Notes under the pieces: model-generated
Databases searched by the model: none
Told to the model about the DNA's origin: nothing
The model's input: only the letters and a program-made list of their open reading frames with translations
Program-made: the position numbers and the translations under genes
In this document: piece after piece, positions 53,790 to 64,000 of the stretch
How positions within the stretch are numbered: position 1 is the first letter of the stretch
How the letters are laid out: each line of letters begins with the position of its first letter
From: Eledone cirrhosa
Lineage: Eukaryota
Direction of reading: 5' to 3'
DNA length: 64,000 bases
Assembly (NCBI GenBank): GCA_964016885.1
Contig: OZ024761.1
Coordinates: 22,754,001 to 22,818,000 of the forward strand

Positions 53790-54820
53790 AAAGAAGCAGA
53801 TGTCTATTTAACATGGACTTTTTTTAACTGAGAGAGACGATGTATTTAACGAAGGGTTTTCACTAAAGCAGACGTCAATTTAATGTGAGGTTTTCACTGT
53901 AGCAGAGGACACATTTAATGTGGCGTTTTCACTGTAGCAGAGGACACATTTAATGTGGTGTTTTCACTGTAGCAGAGGACACATTTAATGTGGCGTTTTC
54001 ACTGTAGTAGAGGACACATTTAATGTGGTGTTTTCACTGTAGCAGAGGACACATTTAATGTGGTGTTTTCACTGTAGCAGAGGACACATTTAATGTGGCG
54101 TTTTCACTGTAGCAGAGGACACATTTAATGTGGTGTTTTCACTGTAGCAGAGGACACATTTAATGTGGCGTTTTCACTGTAGTAGAGGACACGTTTAATG
54201 TGGCGTTTTCACTGTAGCAGAGGACACGTTTAATGTGGCGTTTTCACTGTAGCAGAAGACACGTTTAATGTGGCGTTTTCACTGTAGCAGAAGACACATT
54301 TAATGTGGCGTTTTCACTGTAGCAGAGGACACGTTTAATGTGGCGTTTTCACTGCAGCAGAAGACACGTTTAATGTGGCTGTTTTCACTGTAGCAGAAGA
54401 CACGTTCAATGTGGCTGTTTTCACTAAAGCAGACGTCCATTTAATGCAGGGTTATTCACTGAAGCAGACATCCATTTAACGTGGGGCGTTCTTTAAAGCA
54501 GACGCCTATTTAATGTGAAGTTTTCACTGAAGCAGACGGTACATTTTCCAAGGGCTTTTCTTTGAAGTAATGTTTATATATAACGTTTCTTTTTCACTGA
54601 AGCAGAGGCACATTAAACGTTGGGTTTTCACTAAAGCAGACAGTGCAATAAACGTTGGTTCTCTCACTGAAGCAGACGGTAATTCAACATGTAGTTTTAA
54701 ATGAATCAGACTGTATATTTAACTTGGGGTTTTCACTACAGTTGACGGTATATTAAACATAGTTTTCACTGAAGAGGACGATAGATTAAATATGTGTTTT
54801 TCACAGAAGTAGGCGGTACA
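53790..54820. repeat. 35-bp minisatellite with homogeneous core (53891-54420) and diverged flanks
   Basis: ttttcactgtagcagaggacacatttaatgtggcg. Confidence 0.92.
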
Positions 54821-55206
54821 TTAAAACTTGGAGATGCGGTGGGATTGTTATTTTAGGAAACAATATATTTAACGTGGTTTTTGTGTCAATTGTCGAAAAT
54901 AACCGACTTAATTTTCTAGTATTTATCTATTTATTGTTTAAGCGATAATTCCTAATTTCGTTTATATATATATATATTTTTAATTTATTCAAGGATGTCT
55001 ACACTAAAATACTGTAATTTAGCAAAGCTCTAAATTTACCGCCTGACCTCTGGAATTTCACAATCCACCCTCTCTTCCCTAACACGATTCTCGCCGCTCT
55101 CGCTCTCCACGATTTCCTGTTTTGTAGTTTATGACCGTCTCTCTGCCCCCTTTCCTCTATTTCTATCTCTCTCTTCTCTCCCTATACCCTCGCTCCACAC
55201 ACACAC

Positions 55207-55328
<122 letters not shown>

Positions 55329-55415
55329 GTAAAAGGTAAACAGAAATAACAACACAATCGGCACAGTATATGGAAGGAATATATTAAGTTAACGCTTGAA
55401 ATAGCAGGAAGAGGG

Positions 55416-55451
55416 TCTTAACGTTTCGGACGCTAGTCTTTCATCAGAAGA
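55416..55451 (-). ncRNA. Minimal hammerhead motif (same family as 46261)
   Basis: tctt CTGATGA aagactagcgtcc GAAAC GTT aaga; one stem II mismatch. Confidence 0.6.
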
Positions 55452-55883
55452 AAGAATGAAAAATAAGATAGATTGAGGGGATGGGTGGGATGGAATAGGA
55501 AAAATGTCTTTAGATAAAAATAACAGGTCCATTCATGTTGACATCTCTTGCTATATATACATGTATATATATAAGTTCTGGTATATCAAATTAATACCAT
55601 TGAACAACCTTGAATCATAGACAACCTATGTATTTCTAGGGGTACTTAGTATCTTTGGACATATTAACTTCATTCATTATACTCCGTTATGTAGAGAACA
55701 AATCTGTTGTTCTATTTAGCTGCTATTTTTTTTAGTAGTAATTATAGACAGCAAGTCTGGTTTCCCGCTTTTACTTCGGTCCGGTTTACACACGGGTCAC
55801 TTTTACGACCTTTCAGACCTGTATTAGCTGGCAGGAGGTCATATATTTTATCGTTCCTGGGTCGTTTAGCCCTAGGAAAGGAA

Positions 55884-55971
55884 AATGCTTCTCTGATGAG
55901 CTTTGGTTTTCCATCAGATATCCATTGGATTCTGGGGTTTTACAAAGCGAAACTGATCAGTAAGGGCCATT
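55884..55971 (+). ncRNA. Type I hammerhead ribozyme motif with long stem II
   Basis: aatgcttct CTGATGA gctttg...caaagc GAAA ctgatcag TA agggccatt; palindromic stem III. Confidence 0.72.
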
Positions 55972-56193
55972 AGAAGAGGTAAATATTTATATATTTTTAA
56001 ATTTATTTTGAAAAATTGGTTGAATTTTACTTGTTCTGCTTATCTTAATATATATATATATATATAGAGTTATACTTTGGGAGGGTCATGCTGCCAAGAA
56101 AACATACGCACATGTTGGTTTTCACTTCAATTTATTATAAATTTCAGGTTTATTGGTTGGTTGGTTCGATAAACGGATGGTTGTTTATATATT

Positions 56194-56236
56194 GTCAAAG
56201 CTCTTTCGTCACACATTCTATGACCTCCTCAGTGGC
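56194..56236 (-). ncRNA. Hammerhead motif (family of 45819)
   Basis: gcca CTGAGGA ggtcatagaatgtgtgac GAAA gagc TT tgac. Confidence 0.6.
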
Positions 56237-56995
56237 TAGGTTTTTAATTTGTGTCTCTCCTTCGTTCTATTTTACACGAAAAAGATTTGACAATATATAA
56301 ACAACCATCCGGTTATCGAACCAACCAACCAAACAACCGGAAATTTATAATAAATTGAATGAAAACCAACAGGAGTGGGTGTTTTTATTGGCAGTATGAC
56401 CCACCCAAAGTATAACAATATCTGTTTCAACACACGTTTTCAGATGAGAAATCTTGCAAAACAAATTCAAAAACGAAGTATATATATATATATCTACACA
56501 CAGACACACACACACATATATACACACATATTTTCAATATATGCTCGCCGTCCTAACGCCAAACACATTTACACTGTGGGCTGGGTGCTTTTTGATGAAA
56601 GTACTTTGACTATATATATAGTAATAATAATAAATTTGAAGACTAAAATCCAAAGAGGGTTCGATAAGGATAAATATATATCAGATATATAATAACCGTA
56701 GAGCAAATATTAATTTCAGAAGATCCCGTTAAGGGTGAAAGCAGCGATTCTTTGCTTAAACTTTAATATGTTATTTTAATAAATATATATATATATATAT
56801 AATGTAGGAGGTGAGTTTTATTGTAGTACAATAAATGATATGTTGATTTAAAACTGCACTATTCACAAGTGTTTTTTAACCTTCATATCATGTCTCCCTA
56901 TTTTATCTGACGTAAAACGCAAATGTCATCTCATGATGATATTTTTTTTGAAATGCGCATAATAAAATACATGGAACTCTTTTAACCATCTTTTG

Positions 56996-57036
<41 letters not shown>

Positions 57037-57075
57037 GATATTAACAAATGGAAACTATATTTATAAAACCATATC

Positions 57076-57140
57076 TATTTTATTATACATATTTCAACGA
57101 TACCATGTTAAATTATGGTATGCTTTCATCAGACAAAATA
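57076..57140 (-). ncRNA. Hammerhead motif (family of 16539)
   Basis: tattttgt CTGATGA aagcataccat..atggtatcgtt GAAA tatgta TA ataaaata. Confidence 0.6.
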
Positions 57141-57612
57141 CAATATATACCAGTTTTATAAATAAATATTGACATACCCTTTCAAAATGCAACCGTTACT
57201 TTTGGAAGACATCACTATCCCTGATGTCTTATGTCTTCCAAAAGTAATAATAAATTGCTCCGAAGAAACCAAACCCCGGTTTGGAGGAAACAGTTGTAAG
57301 CATAAAAATGTTTTGAACAGTTCTTTGATTCTTATAATTCATATATATTTATATATGAAGGCGTGTGGCTGAGTGGTTAGAGAATTGGATTCGCAATCGT
57401 GAGGTTGTGAGTTCGATTCCCGGACCGGGTGATGCGTTATGTCCTTGAGCAAGACACTTTATTTCACGTTGCTCCTTCTACCTGGAGTTGCGACCGATAG
57501 AATGCATTAGCAATTGGAAAGACCAATGGAAACATTGTTTCCTCGGTCAATCGACTCCTATATATATATATGCACACACACATATATTTATATATATATA
57601 TATATATATATG

Positions 57613-57645
<33 letters not shown>

Positions 57646-57646
57646 T

Positions 57647-57697
<51 letters not shown>

Positions 57698-57898
57698 TTT
57701 TAACTGTTGATCAATCAATGATATAAAATATACAGGAACCAAACAGTGAGTGTGTTTTTCAAATCCCGCCGAGGTTAACTTTGCCTTTCATCCTTACGGG
57801 GTCGATTAAATAAAGTACCAGTAATGTACTGGGTAATTGCTGGCCTTGTGCTTAAAATAGAAACAATTATATATATATATACATATATATATATACAG

Positions 57899-57953
57899 AT
57901 TTCTGAGGATTGAAAGCAAAACCTTTTGCTTTTAAGAAACCACTGGTAAATGG
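57899..57953 (+). ncRNA. Hammerhead motif
   Basis: CTGAGGA ttgaaagcaaaa cc ttttgcttttaa GAAA ccactgg TA aatgg; 3' flank shared with the 38963 copy; stem I weak. Confidence 0.55.
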
Positions 57954-58394
57954 AATAATTGCCTTATGTTGTTTATTACATAATAATACATATATACATA
58001 TATATATCCTGATTCAATCAGGAACAAGCTGTTGAAAAGGAAGAGCTCAGCCGTCGGGAGTCCCGACTCATATATAAATGTGTGTGTGTGTATGTGTACA
58101 CAAGCATGAGTCAGTGAAATAAGGTGTGGTTTTAACAATCACTCATCATACCCCCCCCCCCCGCCACCACAGCATTATCATTATTTGATTCCAATTAACA
58201 TAAAATAATATATACATACATACACATACACGATTCCAATTAACATAAAATAATATACACATACCCCCCCCACACACATATATATACACATACATATATA
58301 TATATCTATATATATCTATATTTATATACATACATACTTACACATATGCACATATATATATACTCACATATATTTATATACACATATATTTATA

Positions 58395-58450
<56 letters not shown>

Positions 58451-58593
58451 TTTATATATATATTTACATTTACACACACACACACACATATATATATATA
58501 TTGTTATAATATTGCCAGAAATGATAATAAAACGCATTCACTGTTATATAACAATATTTATTTCAACAAACGATTTCATATCAAAAACTTTGC

Positions 58594-58650
<57 letters not shown>

Positions 58651-58956
58651 ACACACACACACACACATTTGTTTGCAATTATGCAAACAGCCTCTTTAAG
58701 CCATGTAAGTAGAATGACTCCATCATTCTAGCTCTTGTGTTGGTATATAAACAGAACGATAGACAATAATGTTTCTGGGTGATAACCCTTCATCAGTACC
58801 GTTTACTGCTTACCTGCAAACTGTCAGAGCTATTGAAAATAAAAGATATTTTCTGGAATATACAATGAGTGATCGGCCTGATTTGCATATTAGCAAACTG
58901 GCTGATCAGTCAGTCAACCCCACCCATCCCTTCAATCTATTTAACTTCTCATTCTT

Positions 58957-58992
58957 TCTTCTGATGAAGGACTAGCGTCCGAAACTTTAAGA
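58957..58992 (+). ncRNA. Minimal hammerhead motif (family of 46261; stem III mutated)
   Basis: tctt CTGATGA aggactagcgtcc GAAAC tTT aaga. Confidence 0.55.
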
Positions 58993-59103
58993 CCCTCTTC
59001 CAGCTATTTCAAGCGTTAACCTAATATATCCCTTCCATATACTGTACCGATTCTGTTGTTATTTCTGTTTACCTTTTACATACATATATATTGTATATAT
59101 ATA

Positions 59104-59141
<38 letters not shown>

Positions 59142-59326
59142 GTACAAGTATGACCCCGACGGCAGAGCTCAAGCCGTTTCGACGGCTAATTCAGTCCAGA
59201 ATTAGCCGTCGAAACGGCTTGATCTCTGCCGTCGGGGTCATAATTGTTCCTATTACCCACTCTACTACCCTAAGTATTGAGTACTTTGGTGCGTTATAGT
59301 CCACCTGGTTCCTTACCACAACACCT

Positions 59327-59413
<87 letters not shown>

Positions 59414-59609
59414 GTACATACATGTATATATATAGGCACGTATATCTGTGTGTGTGGGGTGGGGGAGTGATAGACAAACAAACAGCTAGCTATATCTGCA
59501 GTAAGATAAGCAGATGCACAGAAATAGATGAATAGATAGATAGATACTTATTGTTTAGCCCTTAGTCATCACTCGGTATTCATTTCTTACCATCCTATAT
59601 ACTACTTTA

Positions 59610-60250
59610 GATAAATATGTTTCTTTATTAGCCACAGGGGCACAAAAGAAGGGGACAAATACAAAGGGGGAAGTTTACATACAATAAAAACGTGTAAAAT
59701 ACTATCACAAATGCAATTAAAAAAAATTAATCGATTTTCCCCAACAGGGGGGAGACATTACATATGGGTAACACATACCCCCGAAAAAATGTGCAACCCT
59801 CATCTCCAGGAGTACGAAGAGTTTGTACCCCTTTCCTCTTTTTCTCTTTTTCCTCAACCTACAGGCTGATATAGAGAGAAGGCCCATTCACTCGGGCCAT
59901 TCTCGCCACTTTCACCCACCTTTCATAAAACTTGCTGGGGTGCAGCACCTCTCTCTCCATCCTGATTCTTCTTCCAAAGTGGTATTTGAAAAAAAGTATC
60001 AGTTGTTGGTCGGAGAGAAAGGTGTCTGACCTCAGCCCTTTCAACCTGGTCCACCATACAACCTCTTTCGCCATAGCTATCACACAAAGGAAAACCGCCC
60101 CTCCTTCGTTTTTGAAGATAGATATATTTCTTTATTAGCCACAGGGGCACAAAAGAAGGGGACAAATACAAAGGGGGAAGTTTACATACAATAAAAACGT
60201 GTAAAATGTTATCACAGATGGAATTTAAAAGTTAGTCGATTTTCCCCAAG
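59610..60250 (-). mobile_element. Probable Tx1/L1-clade LINE 3' end, with a second copy of the last ~130 nt at 60120-60250
   Basis: ORF end AMAKEVVWWTRLKG...FFKYH...MEREVL...FYERW; 3' UTR with AATAAA beside (TAGA)n; clade assignment is by motif resemblance only. Confidence 0.55.
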
Positions 60251-60473
60251 ATAGATAGACAGACAGACTGGTGTAGTTCTGTCACGTGTGCAAGGAACAC
60301 GAAACAACAATTGTGTGTAGATTATATACCTCGTTAATTTAAATATATAGCATGTCACTTATGTGAGTGTTTGTGTGTGTGTATATATATATATATATAA
60401 ATGTACATATATCTGTATACATATTATAAAATAACAGGAGGGTGGGGTGGTGTAATTCCTTAAAGGTTTATTA

Positions 60474-60529
60474 TACTATGAACATTTCAATGACCGGGTT
60501 CAGTATGAATCCGGTGACATCATCAGGTA
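60474..60529 (-). ncRNA. Type I hammerhead ribozyme motif
   Basis: tac CTGATGA tgtcaccggattca tac tgaacccggtcatt GAAA tgttca TA gta; 3' half also at ~26425-26465 (+) with palindromic tgatca. Confidence 0.6.
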
Positions 60530-60635
60530 ATCGAAATATAACAAAGGAATATAATCCATGGGGCTGAAAAGGCAGAGAGACAAGAAGGCGGCCACACATT
60601 TAGCAGTTTCTAGTTCGGTCGGCCGCCTACAAACC

Positions 60636-60686
<51 letters not shown>

Positions 60687-61114
60687 ATATATATATATAC
60701 ATGTATATATATACATGTATATATATATATATACATGTATATATATATATATACATGTATATATATATATACATGTATATATATATATTTCGTTTCTGAA
60801 TTTGTTTAGCAAGATTTTTTATCTGAAAACATGTGTTGAAACCGATATTGTTATACTTTGGGAGGGTCATGTTGAGAAAACAAGGATGGAACAGCAACAT
60901 CACAACTTACAATTAAGGACAAAATGAAAACACACACGCACATAGAACAAACAACCAACCAGTAACATGTAAATAAACAAATAAATAAACAAATATAAAC
61001 ACACACAGACACCCGGATGTAACACATGCGCAAACTAAGCACACAACACACACAAAAACAAGATGGCGTAGGACAGAACAAAGGAGAGGCACAAAAACAA
61101 AGAAAAGAATCCAC

Positions 61115-61157
61115 GTCACTGAAGAGGTCACAGAATGTGTGACGAAAGAACTTTGAC
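61115..61157 (+). ncRNA. Type I hammerhead ribozyme motif (identical to 45819-45861)
   Basis: gtca CTGAAGA ggtcacagaatgtgtgac GAAA gaac TT tgac. Confidence 0.7.
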
Positions 61158-61525
61158 AATATATAAACAATCATCTGGTTGTGGAACCAACCAACCAACC
61201 AACCGGAAATTTGTAAATTCCTAAATTTATAAATTTATTATAATAAATTAAAGTGAAAGCAACTGGTGCGTGTGTTTCTTATTGGCAACATGACCCTCCC
61301 AAAGTATAACTATATATATATATATATATAGTAATAATAATAAAATTGAAGACTAAAATCCAAAGAGGGCTCGATAAGGAAAATATATATCAATATCAAA
61401 TATATAAGAACCGTAGAGCATATATATATAAATATATTTATATACATATACACACATATATATAATATAATATATATATATATATAAATATATTTATATA
61501 CATATACATACATATATATAATATA

Positions 61526-61556
<31 letters not shown>

Positions 61557-61616
61557 AATATACATATATTTATATATAATATATATATATATATATACAT
61601 ATATATACATATATAC

Positions 61617-61648
<32 letters not shown>

Positions 61649-61758
61649 TTATATATATAAATATACATATATTTATATATAATATATATATATAATATAT
61701 ATATATTTATATATATAAATATACATATATTTATATATAATATATATATATATAATAT

Positions 61759-61822
<64 letters not shown>

Positions 61823-61829
61823 TAGATAT

Positions 61830-61877
<48 letters not shown>

Positions 61878-62356
61878 TATATATATTTGTTTTGCGAGGT
61901 TTTTGATATGAAATCGTGTGTCGAAACATATTGTTATACTTGGGGAGGGAGGGTCATATTATTGTAATAATATTGCCAGAAATAATAACAGAACATACTC
62001 ACTGTTTGGTTGGTTTTCGCTTCTGTATCTTTTATATCAGTTAATTTATTCGGTCCTCAATGTTTACCATTGACTGACCAACGGTTAGACTATATATATG
62101 TGTTTATATCTATATTATATCTGTATTTTTGACCGTTGGTCAGTCAATGGTCAACATTGAGGACCGAATAAATTAACTGTTATGAAAGATACAGAAGCGA
62201 AAACCAACCAAACAGTGAGTGTGTCTGTTATTAATAAAAATCTTCCCAGCGAAGTTAACAAAGAACTTAGTAGTTCTACCAACTCGTAATATGATAATAT
62301 AAAATTAAATTAAATTATTTAGAACTACAAGTGAAGTCATTCTTTTTCCTTTTTTC

Positions 62357-62439
<83 letters not shown>

Positions 62440-62620
62440 CTTCGTTTTTGAATTTGTTTTGCAAGATTTTTTATCTGAAAACGTGTTGAAACAGATATTG
62501 TTATACCTTGGGAGGGTCATGCTGCCAATAAAAACACACGCACCTGTTAGTTTTCATTCAATTTATTATAAATTTCTGGTTGTTTGGTTGGTTCAATAAC
62601 TGGATAGTTGTTTATATATT

Positions 62621-62663
62621 GTCAAAGCGCTTTCGTCACACATTCTGTGACCTCCTCAGTGAA
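62621..62663 (-). ncRNA. Hammerhead motif with palindromic stem III (aaagcgcttt); mutated inverted partner at ~62750-62792 (+, CCGAGGA)
   Basis: tca CTGAGGA ggtcacagaatgtgtgac GAAA gcgc TT tga. Confidence 0.62.
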
Positions 62664-62944
62664 CAAGGTTTTTATTTTTTGTGTCTCTCCTTGAAAAAAC
62701 AAGTAGGTGTAGGACATAACAAAGGAGAGATACAAAAAATAAAAACCTAATCACCGAGGAGGTCACAGAAGGTGTGACGAAAGAGCTTTGACAATATATA
62801 AACAACGACTCTTTTCCTATTACCCACTCTAGTACCCTAAGTATCGAGTACTCTAGTGTGTTATGGTCCACCTGGTTCCTTACCACAACTCCTTCGTTAT
62901 ATGTGATGTGTGTATGTGTGAGTGTATATATATATATATATATA

Positions 62945-63317
62945 CAGAATCACTCAGATGGTGGATGGGTGCTACACAAGAATGCTGAGGATGGCTCTGA
63001 ACATTAATCAGTATACACTGAGGATGAAGAACTCAGAGCTGTACGGGAGCCTCCCAAAAGTCAGCACAAAAGTGACACAGAGGAGACTGAGGTTGGCTGG
63101 ACATGCTCACCGACATCCAGAGTTGACATTGCACTCAGTGCTCCTGTGGGAGCCCCTACATGGACACACTGGAAGAGGAAGACCAAGGTTAACGTATGTT
63201 GATGCCCTAAGGACAGACACTGGTCTGTTGGAGACGCAGGACATGGCAGCGATAATGAGGGACAGAGACCGCTGGAGAGAACTCGTCCATGGATCTCGGG
63301 AATTTTACCCGCCTTAG
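62945..63317 (+). mobile_element. 5'-truncated RTE-clade LINE 3' end, same family as 17480-19175
   Basis: TQMVDGCYTRMLRMAL...RRLRLAGHAHRH...GRGRPRLTY...DRDRWRELV. Confidence 0.9.
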
Positions 63318-63406
63318 ATATATATATATATACAGGAAAAGTAAATAACAAGGAGTCCAGTTACGACAGGTGTTAGGTATTAGGTTGACGTTTGAGAGTG
63401 GGGCGT

Positions 63407-63514
<108 letters not shown>

Positions 63515-63677
63515 ACGAAGGAACTGTGGTAAGGAGCCAGATGGGCCATAACGCAACAGAGTACTCAATACTTAGGGTAGTAGAGTGGGTAATAGGAAAA
63601 AAGTCCAGAAACAGTCCAGAAATAGCCGTTGAAACGGCTTGAGCTCTGCCGTCGGGGTCAAACATTTTCCTACACAT

Positions 63678-63712
<35 letters not shown>

Positions 63713-63909
63713 AATATATATATATAAATATATATATATATACACACACACACATATATATATACATATATATATACATATATATATAAATATATATATA
63801 TACACACACAAACATATATATATATACACACACACATATATATATACACACACACACACATATATATATACATATATATATACATATATATATATATATA
63901 CATATATAT

Positions 63910-63972
<63 letters not shown>

Positions 63973-64000
63973 ACACTCACACGAGTGTGTAGATTCAGTC

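Overview
This is AT-rich animal genomic DNA, not prokaryotic. The SINE families and very long (TA)n/(CA)n tracts suggest a coleoid cephalopod such as Octopus (inference). Three spliced genes can be rebuilt with GT-AG introns in consistent phase: cytosolic HSP90 (+, CDS 9422-13342, 717 aa, with a nine-pentamer HSE, TATA box and intronic HSEs); an HSDL1-type SDR (+, 19665-29466, 335 aa) that keeps the catalytic YxxxK tyrosine; and a 220-aa signal peptide + single Ig domain + S/T stalk + hydrophobic tail protein (-, 41178-51925). The rest is microsatellites, tRNA-derived SINEs, RTE/CR1/Tx1-like LINE fragments, two deleted mariner elements, TTAA MITEs and minisatellites grown from TE pieces. The strongest unexplained signal is about 18 minimal type I hammerhead ribozyme motifs from several sequence families, carried by short non-coding elements inside (TA)n tracts, many as fold-back inverted duplications. 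Hammerheads in Penelope-like elements and retrozymes are a known class; the density, stem II covariation and palindrome geometry here are what deserve testing. All coordinates and pairings were read by eye (a few nt of error possible); no searches or folding programs were run.
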